A stretch of 64,000 nucleotides of DNA, from contig NC_043004.1 of NCBI RefSeq assembly GCF_006345805.1, positions 10,602,001-10,666,000 on the forward strand. The letters run 5' to 3'. Both the position numbers and the translations under genes were made by a program. The notes under the pieces were generated by a model that did no database searches, had not been told where the DNA came from, and was given only the letters and a program-made list of their open reading frames with translations. Origin of the DNA: Octopus sinensis. Lineage: Eukaryota. How positions within the stretch are numbered: the first letter of the stretch is position 1; the number at the start of each line of letters is the position of its first letter. Positions 12,897 to 26,446 of this stretch are shown here, in pieces.

Positions 12897-15468
12897 ATGT
12901 ATATACATTACTTGTACTTGAAAATATTGAGGGTGTGTTCCAAGTTTAATAAACATGAACTCTACTAATGATTCAGTTTAATGTGAAGTTTAATTTATAT
13001 ATTGCTTTACATATAAACAAACATTGATTGATATATATATGCATACATAATTATGTAAGTATATTTATATTTATATGTATAAATTCCTCATCTTAGAAGC
13101 CGAAATGCATCTGATGCCATCGTGGGTTACTTTTGGGTCGTTGTTAATCTCGCGCTGTTATATATTGTATATTAACACACAATATCTATGAAGATATCTT
13201 CTCTAAGGCAAAAGCCACAACAACATGCTTGCCTCTGGTGTATATACGTTAAGTATAATATATTGATGGCTATTTAAATTTTATGTGCTCTCAGTTGCGT
13301 ACACCTAGTTTGTATGCAACCACACACTTCTGTGCAATACCAGTATTTGCTACATGCTGGAGGTAACAGATTTTGTCTAGTCAAATGACTAGCAAGTTCA
13401 CTTCATTGAGAAGGCTCAAGGAAGACGAAATGCATTTGGTGTCCTCATGCGGCTCTCCTGGGAGAATGTTCGTGTCTCAACGATAGAGAAACAACATCAC
13501 TTTGAAGAGATTTTTTCTCAAACAAAACTCTATATATCATATTCGTCAATGATGTATATTCGTTAAGTAGAATACATAGAGAGCTAACTGTAATACCTTC
13601 CTTAAGAGAAACATAAAAAGTTTCTTCTATGTTAAAAATACAAAATACAGGAAGCTGCTTGGAACGTTGATGGGTCATTACATACACTAAATAAGCTTTA
13701 TTTCTTTCCTACTAATCATTCTTAGTAATGTCGGTTCCCATATAAAAATTTCGTAAATAAAATAATTACTGCTTTTTTAGGAAAACTAGTGAGGATATAT
13801 TTAAATTAATATTTGCATGTAAAACTGCCTTCGATGAAAATACCGGTGTGTATACAAAAGTGGAAAGGCACTAGATGTAATATATTATCTTAGAAACACA
13901 TCTCATAGAGACTTGTATGATAAAAACAGAGATTAACCGGTGTTTTGACCCGACTTTGTCACCTCAGTGACAACTAGGCAAAGGTTTTAGGCTAATCAAA
14001 ATGTTTCTTCCGCTATAGAAATCAATAAACAAAACATGTACTGGTTTGTGCGAAAGGTTGTCCGGCTAGAGTTTTAAAAATATACATAAATGAAACAGGA
14101 GTAGATTAAATTACAGTCTGTGTATATCATAATATAACTAGTGCTTTGTCATAAAAATGTGACACAGGACTAGTTATATTATATTGTCTTCAACAAATAT
14201 ATTAAAGAAACGTTCGATTGAACAAAAAATTTGGATTCGACCACAATGACCGTAGCTCGCCAGCTACCGGCAATTTTTAGCAGACCAAGCAAATACCAAA
14301 ATTCCTGAAGTTAATCCAGGGCTATATGTAACTTTGATGTAATTCGAAGTCATAATCAGCGAAACAAAGTGAAACAAGGATCTATACAGTTTCCCTCTAC
14401 GCGTTTACCATTGCATGTCATAGGTCATTCCGATGTTATAGATAAAGAAATATCATTAAGATTTCGATTCGATAGTGGAAACGGTTTTCTCGGACATAAT
14501 AGTAGAAGAAAGATAACCAAAGATTTTTGATTCGGCATATCAGAACTTTACTCTTATACAAAAAGTACTGGCGCAATCCTGATTTAAAAAAAATATTATT
14601 AAGGATGTACATTTGATTTATAAAGAATTTAGTTCCGATTAAGAGAAATGTAATTGTGTAACACATAACGTTTATGCTGTTGTCAAAAGGAATTGGTGAT
14701 GTAAACGGCTTCAACGAGATTAAAAATCGCAGGTCTGTCCCGAAATAGTTGGAGAACGGCACAATTGTGGTACTTTGGAGTACTCGGTACCAGAAAAGTA
14801 CAGAGTAACATTTATAAAAGAAAAAGTGGCCTAACGATTGAGTGGAGGAACGAGGGGAGAAAGATGATGAAAAGGAAGAAAAATACGAACAACAAAAACA
14901 AAGAAAGTTGAGAAGAAAAGAAGGAAAATATTGGCCTAAGCAGTTTAAGTAGGAAATTCATAAAATAAAGGGTGTGTGGGTAGACGAGCACCTCCTTTGA
15001 CGATATGTATGCGATTGAATACATTCAGTGTAAATCAGTTTAGTTTAAAGATTAAAGATAACATTGCACTTGGCTGGTTGAGGTCAGCGGAGAAACCTTC
15101 AGATGTTATTGAATATATGAACAGCTGGGATATTCGGCAGGAAATAAGGTGGAAGTATTTAGTTTTTTATAACTAGAAATTCCGTTGTGTACTTTTGATT
15201 TTGACGGTATTTCTGGTGTATATACATACGTACATGCATACATACATACACATATGTACACACATATATGCATATACATGCATACGTAAATAGTTATACA
15301 TGTATCTGTATGTATGTTTGTAGACACACACACACATATACACACACCCATATATATATACATACATAAACACATATATATGTACATACATACAACATAC
15401 ATACGTATGTATATATATATATATCCAAACGCACATATACACACACATATATACATATACATATATAC

Positions 15469-15518
<50 letters not shown>

Positions 15519-15972
15519 ATATATATGGGTATAAATGTGGTTATGTGAAAGAGGGGTATTGTTGCTGTATGGTACTCGTTAATCTCGGTTAAATCTACAT
15601 TATGACACAGAAAAGAAAGAGCAACAATAACAACAGGAACAGCAACAACATCAAGAAAATGTGCGTTTCTTTAAGGACTAATAATAATTAAATCTACAAA
15701 ATTTTAGCAATAATTTATGGGTTAGCTGAAATTAGAGCGTGGGAACTTAAAACAGGCTATTGCGGGGCCTGTGTGAAAATTGATAAAAAAAAAAAATGAA
15801 GACGTAAAATGAAGTGAGTTCGAATGAAGGAAAAATTCAATGAAGGGAGTAAAAGAGTGTTGTCGTTCGCTTGAAGCATGGTAGCACCAACAAACGAAAA
15901 GAAAAGGCAAAATAATGCCCATCCTCAGCATGAAGCCGTCCGGGAAATGTCCAGTTACACCGATTTGGTTAC

Positions 15973-16178
15973 CTTATTCAAACTCTTCAGCATTAGGTTA
16001 GCAGCAGCTGCTTCCTTCTCAAGATGGGCTTTGCGCCTGAAATATAAAGATTTTTGTAAAGCTTTCTGCATTGTTGGAAACTTACCTATTTTATTATTTT
16101 CCCTTATAATTTCTTTCTTCAGTGAAGAGAAATCAAGGAAATTAGGGCCATGAAACCAAAAATATAATGAAGTACTTT
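15973..16178 (-). CDS. Predicted internal exon: (E)STSLYFWFHGPNFLDFSSLKKEIIRENNKIGKFPTMQKALQKSLYFRRKAHLEKEAAAANLMLKSLNK; core 15973-16036 best supported
   Basis: Donor AAG|gtaacc (phase 0). Acceptors at 16178 (phase 1) or 16036 (ctttatatttcag, phase 2). 68 open codons in AT-rich DNA; the + ORF 15878..16153 looks like its F/S/L-rich antisense shadow. Confidence 0.65.
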
Positions 16179-16457
16179 CTTCGAAGTACAAAAAAGAAAG
16201 ATATCACGCACCATCCAGAGGTTGCCAAAGGTCTGAAGACCGTCATGTTGGACCTCTAAAATCTACAAGTGTTTTTTCATTCTCTCTCTGTTTATTTTCT
16301 CCCATTCCTTCCTGTTGAAGAGCGTAAGCTTGAAAGGTAAAATACTTTTCTATTTTCCCCGAGCGTCAAATTAATACACTTGCTTGCTGTTCATACACCT
16401 GTCTTCTTTTATTTTTCTATAAATTTCAACTATATAAATACTACATATAAATATATA

Positions 16458-16838
16458 CTCTCTTTTTTACTCTCTTTTACTTGTTTCAGTCATTTGACTG
16501 CGGCCATGCTGAAGCACCGCCTTTAATCGAGCAAATCGACCCCAGGACTTATTCTTATTTTATCGGTCTCTTTTGCCGAACCGCTAGGTAACGGGGACAT
16601 AAACACACCAGCATCGGTTGTCAAGCAATGCTAGGGGGACAAACACAAACACATACACACACACATATATATATATACATATATACGACGGGCTTCTTTC
16701 AGTTTCCGTCTACCAAATCCACTCACAAGGCTTTGGTCGGCCCGAGGCTATAGTAGAAGACACTTACCCAAGGTGGGACTGAACCCGGAACCATGTGGTT
16801 GGTAAACAAGCTACTTACCACACAGCCACTCCTGCGCC
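16458..16838 (-). mobile_element. Bipartite tRNA/CORE-like SINE
   Basis: Ends ...cacagccactcctgcgcc; same family as 4551-4945. Confidence 0.9.
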
Positions 16839-16856
16839 AATGTATATATATAATTA

Positions 16857-16892
<36 letters not shown>

Positions 16893-17703
16893 TGTATGTA
16901 TTTATGTATGTATGTATTTATGTTTATTATTGCAAACTCGGATAATTAAGATCCTGTATATTTAATTCCAGTCCCTTAGAAATAGTATATGTATGTGTCT
17001 CTGTGTATGAGTGTGCGTGTCTCTGTGGGTATGTGTGCGTATGTGTATGTATGTGTGCGTATATGTATGTATGTATGTATGAGCACATGTATGTATGTAT
17101 GGCATAAAATACCTTATAAATTACACGTGGTAACATGTTGTAATATGACCCACCAGAAATTCATTTTGTTGCATCATACAAAGGACAAGAGACAAAATAG
17201 AAACATCTTCAGCATAAATTCCCTCTACACGATATTTTCATCACTTTCACTCTAATTGCTGTATCATTAAATCCTAATGAGTTGAATTAAGCTGAACAAT
17301 TATAAGAAATAATTGTTTTAAGCACTAACATTATTATTTTAGGAAAGATACTTCATTTGAAGAGAGAATTTAAGACCACTTACAATGAAATTTAAATAGA
17401 ATACAATAACTACCATCATATCATTAAGTGACAAAGGATAAAAAAACAAATAAAAAAACAAAACAAAACAAACAGTCAATCAAACGACGGAGGCTTTTCG
17501 TTGGCTTTTGACAAGCTAGAAATAGCTGTCAGTTTTCCGAATGCTTGTGTTAGTGGATCCCTGTCATTTGATAATGAAAATTCTTGAATGAGTGCCTCAT
17601 TCATGAATAAAGATTCAGCTTTTGCGGCTGAGCGTTCTACATAAGCATGTTTCCGTAACGTAATTCTCAGACTGTATGAGTGTGATTCCGAATGTGACTA
17701 GAA

Positions 17704-17928
17704 CAGAGCTGGGCAAACTTTTTTGATCGCGGGCCGCACAGTGCGTCTTTGGAACCTTGGCGGGCCTCATTTATAAAAATCAAGTGAAAATATTTTTAAA
17801 GGCGGTGATAGACCTATAAACACACAATTGATTGAAAGGAAATTTTGTGAAATATTCCTCTCGGCGGGCCGCATGAAAACCTATGGCGGGCCGCATGCGG
17901 CCCGCGGGCCGTAGTTTGCCCACCCCTG
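17704..17928. mobile_element. hAT (Charlie-like) MITE, 225 bp
   Basis: TIRs cagagctgggcaaact / agtttgcccacccctg, flanked by an exact 8-bp TSD gactagaa (17696-17703 and 17929-17936); internal gcggccc/gggccgc motifs. Confidence 0.92.
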
Positions 17929-19554
17929 GACTAGAATGTATCTTTTTAATTACAGATACAGTCCAACAAACGGTGTCCTCGCGAGGCTACAGAAAATCTG
18001 GAATACATTCGGTCTAATGTTGACATGAGGTTAGTCAAAAGCATATGCTCATAACTACACCTTTCTTTTCTCCTACTTCCTGTATTTTCTCTCAACTTAA
18101 ATACTCTCAGTGCATTATTTAGTCTATCTTCCCCAATAAGATATTAAATCTAAAAATGAATCGTTCCTCAATCATATTTCTCATCTCAAATTTGAACTAA
18201 ACAATACTATTCACGTGATGTCTTCTAGCAGATTTGTAATAATTTTAAAAAAATTTCATAGAAATCGAAATTTGAATTTTAGAAATAAGAAAAATGCGTA
18301 AAACACACATATTTATTGATTATATTTGTGCTTATTTATTATGAAGTTCTTAAAAGTTCTAGGCAGTAATAATCATGTACGGCAATAATTCGTTTCATTC
18401 TTTTTAGAAATCTTCTGCATAATAGAGCCTGAGGCATATAAATTAAGTATTTTATGAAAAAGGACATTTTTAAAGACGGAAAGTAATAATAAATATATTT
18501 TTTTCCATATATAAAATATATAGAGATAATTGTAATTACGTTATTGCATTAGAGTACCTCAAGAAGAACGCTCTAGTTTCTAAAAATAGCAGTCAAGTTT
18601 CACTCAAACAACACCCTACCATGTTTTAAAGAATAGCCAGAGAAAATATTTCACATATACATGCAAACAACACTAGGTGCTACTTTAGGAACGCTTTTGA
18701 CCAAAAGTGTCCTAAATTAGGAATTTGTGTTAAAAAAGATTACTGTCCATATTCCATATTTAGTTTCTAGAGTAGTGGTATCAGAGACTTATGAGCAAGA
18801 TCTTCCATCCTTAAACGATAATGGGAATACAATATGATATTTGGTATAATTTGAACAAGGATCACTGTGGGTAAATCAGAAAATGTGTCGCCGTGCCTTA
18901 GCTACTGTACACTTTGAATACCATCGTATGCTATAGATAAATGAGAATATAGACGTTTCGATTAAATATTTTGTTCGGAGACACTATTAAATTTTTTTTT
19001 CTCTCTTATACAACATGCTTTACTCGAAATATCAATATTTTCGTCTTTTCATGTACATAGAAACTTATAGAAATGTGGAAATTATATTTATCTGTCAGCC
19101 CACAGGAAAATGTCTACCGATAGTTTTGCATTTGTTTGTTATCAAGGGAATGTGGATCTCAGCATAATGATATTTTAAGTTTGCGTAGAGGATTACAGCA
19201 GTATACCTGGCGGATGGCAGTAAGTTTGTAAATGAATTTGATTTGTTAAATGTTGGTTGATAGCAGAGATGTGAATAGAAAATATTTTCAGAAGCTAGCA
19301 TTTCCCATGTTCAAGAATAGTATCAGTTTTTATAGTATTGGATGTGTAACATATTTATTGAAACGAAAGCAACCGAAGTCATTGTATAGATATAGATTTA
19401 GGTAAAATTGACATCTTCGTAGTTTGCTATTCCGTATTCTAAAAGGGTAAACTATACAATATGTTAGAGATTGAAATATGCTGTCGAGTAACAATTCGCC
19501 CACCAGAAAGCTTCCTCCTAAATGTTGTCTAAATTGTATGCAGGCATGTAAACG

Positions 19555-19900
19555 TGGATGTGTACATGCGTATGTATGTATGTATGTATGTATGTATGTA
19601 TGTATGTATGTATGTATGTATGTGTGCATGCATGCATGCATGCATGTATGTATGTATGTATGTATGTATGTATGTATGTATGTATGTATGTATGTATGTA
19701 TGTGTGTGTGTATGCATGCATGCATGTATGTATGTATGCATGCATGTATGTATGTATGTATGCATGTATGTATGTATGTGTGTATATGCATGCATGCATG
19801 CATGTATGTATGTATGCATGCATGTATGTATGTATGTATGTATGTATGTATGCATGTATGAACGTATGTATGTATGTAAGAATGTATGTATGTATGTTTG
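19555..19900. repeat. Compound (ATGT)n/(ATGC)n microsatellite
   Basis: Direct inspection; generates several spurious 100-250 aa ORFs. Confidence 0.95.
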
Positions 19901-19904
19901 TATG

Positions 19905-20058
19905 GTTTACAATGTTTGCAGTCGTGTATGCTTGTCAGGAGAAGGGCTCTTTAGCCACCAACGGAGCCGCAAATGTAAAATATATGTTAGTCCTGGAGCG
20001 CACAATGTTCCTAAAGGTCAGCAATGGCCTTCCTCGGTCCCGAGTCAACGGCCATCAT
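19905..20058 (+). mobile_element. RTE-like LINE 3' end fragment
   Basis: CSRVCLSGEGLFSHQRSRKC resembles the RTE C-terminal CxRxCxSxxGLxSHxR motif; followed by a short UTR ending gtcaacggccatcat and a microsatellite. Confidence 0.55.
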
Positions 20059-20087
20059 GTATGTATGTATGTGTGTATGTATATATG

Positions 20088-20121
<34 letters not shown>

Positions 20122-21800
20122 TGTGTATGTATGTATGTAAGTATGTATGTATGTATGTATGGTTGGATGGATTGGGGGTTGGATAGTTATATATGTGAGC
20201 ATGTATGCGTGTATATATTGTCCAATGTTCTTTGTTCAAATTTCGCTGAAGTCAAATTTGACTGTCATCAAAGTCGATGTAAAGTGTACCAATCGACGGC
20301 GGTGTACGTATGGCAGAATTGGCAGATCTATTAGGGACGTTGGATACGTTGCTTCACTGCATGTTACCGAGGCTCTACACAATCAGATCAAATCCCGCCG
20401 AAGTCAAATTTACCTTTCATTCCTCTGGAGTCGATTTTTTTTTCCGTGGGAGTTATATATTTGTTTAATGTCATTGAAAGACGACTGTTGCTCTTTTGAC
20501 AAGTTTTGTCGGAGTACCTTTAGCGTGGAAGAGCTGCTTCCGCAGGCTTTGTCAAAAATGGCAAAGGCGTTGCACAACCTTTTGTCACTTTAATCCAATA
20601 ACGTGAAGCTGTCTCACTATTCATTTCATTTCTTGATCCTTTCCGTATTTTTCAAAAACCAGTGGCGATGGATGCGCGACGTGAAACGTCATATCCTCGC
20701 ACATGCAGGGATGAAAGCAAGTCAGAACGATCAGGCAGAATGTGAAATGCCTATCATCTGAGAAGATGAGATAACCATCATATATGTATGTGAATATAAT
20801 CGTGCATCTATATACTTGAGCTTTTTATTACAGGTGGTTAGCAACTAGTGAATCCATAAGAATTTGAAGAGGAAGCCTAACATTTGTGAAACAATCTATG
20901 TTATGTAAAACATGAAGACTGTACATATGAAATTGTCTAATATAATGCAGCGTATCATGTTTATAGAGTGTTACGTTTGGCTTATTGGCGTAAAACTACT
21001 TCTATTTTCGGATATTATCGTTGCTTATCGGCAATAGCAGGCCAGAATGATTGTGAGAATGGCTCATAATCGTTCAGACCAACTTTAAAACCACAATCTT
21101 TAAACAATATAATAGACAAAGTGCGTAGTTTGTATAGCAACTGCAGTAGACTGCAACATATAGTTTAATCACTTTATTAAGTGTATTAACGTAATAACTT
21201 CTATATAATCTGTCTAGTAACCAACCGCTTTGAATATGAAAGCCGAACGTCTGGACGTATAAATACATAGCATACGTACACAATCATGTGCATACACGTA
21301 CACATTCTGATTTCAACAAACACATACACAGACACTCGAATATTCTCGTTTTGTTGATTCGTCTGAATACGTTCATATCTCTCTCTTTCTTTCTCTCTCC
21401 CTCTTATATATACATACAAGCTTGTGTGTATGCGTGTATTATGCATATATGAATTGAGAATGTATGAATATATGTATGTATGTGTGTGCGTGTGTGTGTC
21501 TGTGTACGGGTGCCTGTTAGTGCAGCAGGGACACTATGTATAACAGTATCTAGAACAATTAGATCATTATTATAAACAGAATATGCAATTACTTCAGCAA
21601 ACGTGAGTGTACCTATATACATAATAGACATCATACGCACACACACACACACACACAACACACCACACACACACACACACACATACATACACATACACTC
21701 ACATGCACATGTATATACATACATAATTACATATATTTGCATTTATATATATCTGCGTGCGTGTATATAGATGCATTTGTATGAATATATGGATATATAT

Positions 21801-21846
<46 letters not shown>

Positions 21847-21849
21847 TAT

Positions 21850-21900
<51 letters not shown>

Positions 21901-23863
21901 TGCCGATACACTGCATGTTTACCGTGTAGATGTACACACGCGACAGAGATATGTAAGGAGAACATAGCTAATATGTCTGTATTTACTTATCAGTCTTTTC
22001 AGGAATTTTGGGATTTATCATCATATATTGACAGATAATAGCTTCTAATCTTGCTGTAATCAATGTTAATCAGCATATCGTTTCATAATTACTACACTCA
22101 ATTTGCAAATCTTAGCATTTCTTTCCGTTTCGCGGTGCAATCTTACTTTTATGCACGTCAGTACGGCATGCCGCATATACACACACGTGTGCACGCACAG
22201 TGGCAGCATAAATACAGCGATCGATCCGTATATAATTTGCTGTATGTGTGGTGTGCATGTGTCTGCCTGTGAATGTATGTATTTGTGTATCTGTGTGCGA
22301 ATATGGGCTTACCATCTAGCATCCTCTTCTATTTGCGTGCACCTACCGAAACAGATATTACCAACTCGCTGCATCAAATAAAGAACACTTAAACGGAATA
22401 ACTAACCATTCAACTGAAAGCCTTTATTCCTATTCACCGATTTGCTACAAAACTTAAAATGAAGCCATATCAAAAACATTTATCTAGTATATTATAATAA
22501 ATAACGGCATATTTGCTCCTGACGAACTTATAAATCGAAGGCACAAAGAATCGATTCGTTTTTCATTTTGTTCTTCTCAGAGAGTTCTGTGATTAACCAC
22601 GGTGTCTCTTTGCAAAGCGACGGTAAATGCTTTAAACGTTTGCATATAAATTTATATATAACCTTTTCACAAATTCCTTACTTTAATAATTATGTGAACA
22701 TGTATTTATTCACACAAGTGTTTGGTTATGTATTTTAAGTTAAGCATATCCTAAGTTGACGAACTGGCTGAATCATAAGAGCGTAGTTATCAAGGAGATT
22801 CAATGTGAAACAGAGTGTGACAATGCTGGGCCTTTGAATTACACGTACAAATCCTTTTTACCAGCTGACTGGACTGGAGCATCGATAAATAAATTGTCTT
22901 GTTCAAGGACACAGTGCCTTGCCGGGAATCGAACTCACGGCTGTAAGGTCATGAGTTGAATTCCCTAGCCACTAAGCCACGCGGCTTAATCGCATATATT
23001 CAAACACATATTTACTCACAGCTATACATTACTTTATTATTTTAGGTTGTCTCCACGTTAGTCACGATTGGAGAGGCCTATCGTCAAAATTATTCCAGCT
23101 GTGCCTTTGTACAAGGCAAAAAAGAATCCAAGACTTCGCTGTTTCAAGTTGACATCTTTTCGTTACCAGAAGAGCGGGTTTTTTTTTAGTAAGACTAGGT
23201 TATTATTTCTAGTAGACCAAACCAGTGGGTAGTGAACCTTCCGTTGCGTATAGGGTCTATTATGTCTGTTGGTGTATATGTATCTCTTTATATGTATTTT
23301 CTATTGTCTATGTGAGTACCTGTGGGTGTCCATAAAGTTTTGGGTTTACGTGTATTTATATTTAATTTGTATTTATGGTTTCCTATATAAGGTTTCATGT
23401 GTATAGGAATGATGGCGTTCGTGTAAGCTGCTATATATTATATGTGTGTACAACAGGCGAATCTCTGTGCAAATAAATGCATACGCGTTTACTTTTGATT
23501 ATCAGTACTGCGCTACCAGTCCGGCAGATCACCAGTTCTTGTAATCATCCACACCGCCTTTCTATAGAGCGCCTGACTGCCATTTTACGTTCGTAAAAGT
23601 CATTTATCTGCGAAAGAAAATACACATCAGATCAGTGAATATAATTTTGTAATGCTGCTTCAACAGCAACAACAACAACAACAACCTCCATTATCACCAC
23701 CACCACCACCACCACCACCACTTCTACAACAAGAGCAACAGCAACAGTAGACAATACAAACAAACAACAACAACAACAACAACATCAACGGCAATAACTA
23801 AAACCAACAACGTCCCCAACATCTCCCTCCGCCACGACAATTTCAGCAAACGAAGCAGTATAC

Positions 23864-23970
23864 CTGTTTTGATTATTGAAGCTGTCTGAGGCTGAAATTG
23901 TACCCAGGGGTGGATTAAAAGCCAGAGCAGAAAGCGAATTATGTTAATAGCCCCGGGGAACGATAAAACG
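23864..23970 (-). CDS. Candidate upstream exon: VLSFPGAINIIRFLLWLLIHPWVQFQPQTASIIKT
   Basis: Acceptor cattctaatattttccag|, donor CAG|gtatac; only one open frame; phase-1 end fits the 16178 acceptor. Confidence 0.4.
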
Positions 23971-24825
23971 CTGGAAAATATTAGAATGTGAGTGGATTTC
24001 AGTATATTGCTTGCTAGCTTGTGTTTTTACAACCTGCACTAATCATAATAATGTTGATGTTGGCCGATGATATCAATAGTGTTGTCGTTGTTGGTGTTGT
24101 TGTCGTTACCGTTGTTGCTGTTGTTGTTGTTGATGGTGGTGGTGGTGTCTTGATTGTGTTAATGATGATAATGCTGATGATGTTAGCGATGCTGTTGTGG
24201 CTATAGTTATGCTTTTATTAGTGTTGCTCATGAAAAGGTCTTCTCGTTACTGTTAGCGTCGGTATTGTTTATTGAGCGATGCTGGTATTGATGAAGTAGT
24301 AGCGTTGTTGCTAATGGTGATGATGGTGAAGAGCGGTGGGGGGTTGCTAGTTGTGACGGTGGTGGCGGTGACAGAGCATTGTTGATTGAGTTCTATTGTT
24401 AATGCAGTGCTTCCTGTGATGGCATGGTGGCAGTAACGGGTTCACGTTAGTGCTGATGTTAGCTACACTAGCTCCAGTCGTTTTTCTTGTTGTTTAATCC
24501 CAGATAACGTAAACGTAACGGATAAAGGTAGCCCATATCAAGCCTAGCCAGGCTTATGGGCCCAGTTTCCCGGTTTCTGTGGCGTATGTGTGTCCCCCCC
24601 CCACCCAGCTGGACGGGTCGCCAAATCAATTGCCTATCATTCTTTCGGGGTCGATAAAAAATACACCAGCTGAGTACTAGGGTCTAGTTAATCGACTACC
24701 CACCATCATCACCACCACGAATTTCAGGCCTCGTGCCAAATTTCGAAATCAGTATCAGTTACTCCCTGTGATGTGATGTTTACACTAATTCTCTCAAAAA
24801 TAACCTATGCAGCTTTTCATTTATA

Positions 24826-25144
24826 TTTCCTTTATTTATGCGCCCTTTTCAAGCCTAGCCAGGCTCATGGGTCCGGTTTCCCGGTTTCTGTGGCTTATGT
24901 CCCCCCCCCCAGCTAGACGGGACGCCAGTCCATCGCAGCGTTACTCAAGAAACAGGAAGAGAGAGTGAGAGAAAGTTGTGGCGAAAGAGTACAACAGGGG
25001 TCACCACCATCCCCTGGCGGAGCCTCGTGGAGCTTTTAGGTGTTTTCGCTCAATAAACACACACACAGCACCCGATGTGGGAATCGAAACCGCGATCCTC
25101 CAACCGCGAGTCCGCTGCCCTAACCACTGGACCATTGCGCCTCC
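24826..25144 (-). mobile_element. tRNA-derived SINE, second family (OK-like)
   Basis: Revcomp head ggaggcgcaatggtccagtggttagggcagcggactcgcgg...gtttcgattcc (A/B boxes), as at 35713, 49558 and 50723. Confidence 0.85.
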
Positions 25145-25229
25145 ACAATCCCAGACAAACTCAAACTGATATGCTCGGTCACCAAAACCGTTCGAGCTAC
25201 GACAATGCCGTCACAATGTCATCTTTAGG

Positions 25230-25550
25230 TCTGGAATAACTGGAACTCCATCGGTTATGATGAAGGTTCCATTTGATCCGATCAACGGAACAACCTGCTC
25301 GTGAAATTAACATGCAAGTGGCTGAGCACTCCACTGACACGCATATCCTTAACGTAGTTTCTCAAGGAGATTCAGCATGACACAAGTTGTGACAAAGCTG
25401 ACTATTTGAAATACACATACTACACATTTTTGCTAATCGACTGAGAGGAAGCAACGTGAAATAAAGTGTCTTGCTCAAGGACACAACATACCATCAGGAA
25501 TCGAACTCACCACCTCACGACCGTGATCCAAATACCCTGACTAATAAACT
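25230..25550 (-). mobile_element. Older tRNA-SINE sharing its 3' half with the 50723 element
   Basis: gatccgatcaacggaacaacctgctcgtgaaattaac matches 50765-50800; contains gtgtcttgctcaaggacac and a B-box-like ggaatcgaactc. Confidence 0.65.
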
Positions 25551-26175
25551 ACTTTCTTTCATATTCTGGCATATCTAGGACTACATTATCAAACGTGATC
25601 AATCGTTCACAAAGGCTGATAAGCTATTTTGAGGCTGATTTGGCTGCCATTTCTAAGAAATTGACCAAAGTTTCCTTCGTTGATTCACTGCTGTTGGTCC
25701 GTTAATGGCTGTAGTGAAATAATTAATTGTAAGAGTAAGGAAGGTTATATTTTGTTGTTGAGAAAAATCTAGATAAGCGCTGAACCAGCAAACACTTGTT
25801 CAGTGGCATGACTATCACCTCTTGCCATGACTATCTCCTCTCTGTATCAGGCTTTGTGGAACAAGGGCAACATTATTTATTCACCTCTTTTAAGATGGTT
25901 AGTTATGGTACGAGAGAAATTTGGTTGCGGTTTGAAGCAGATCGAGTGATATGGAACAATATAGAGGTACTGTTGTTGTTGGTGCTGTTCTTGCAGAGTG
26001 TTGTTTTTAATGTAAATAAGATCGTATGGCTAAAGTTGCTGCCTATATTTTGGGTTCTGTTAAGGCGGCGAGATGGCAGGATAATTAGTATGAGGGCAAA
26101 ATTAAAAATTTGAATTGCTTTCGAAAATGCTGGACTTGTGCCAAAATTTGAAATCAATATTGTTTGTATTGTTAA

Positions 26176-26402
26176 GGCGACGAATTGGCAAGCAGAATCG
26201 TTAGCACACCGGACAAAATGCTTAGCGCATAGGCGTAGGAGTGACTGTGTGGTAAGTAGCTTGCTTACCAACCACATGGTTCCGGGTTCATTCCCACTGC
26301 GTGGCGTCTTGAGCAAGTGTCTTCTACTATAGCCTCGGGCTGACCGAAGCCTTGTGAGTGGATTTGGTAGACGGAAACTGAAAGAAGCCCGTCGTATATA
26401 TG

Positions 26403-26446
<44 letters not shown>

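Noticed and set aside
14436-14762. 108-aa minus-strand ORF
   Set aside because: T-rich strand with few stops by composition, giving an F/L/I/Y-biased peptide with no recognisable motif. A 27-nt phase 0-0 micro-exon inside it (DCASTFCIR) cannot be supported.
15878-16153. 91-aa plus-strand ORF with a hydrophobic end
   Set aside because: F/S/L-rich mirror of the K/E-rich minus-strand exon.
20147-20593. 148-aa plus-strand ORF
   Set aside because: Begins in a microsatellite and runs through a degenerate Nin-like SINE (about 20305-20450).
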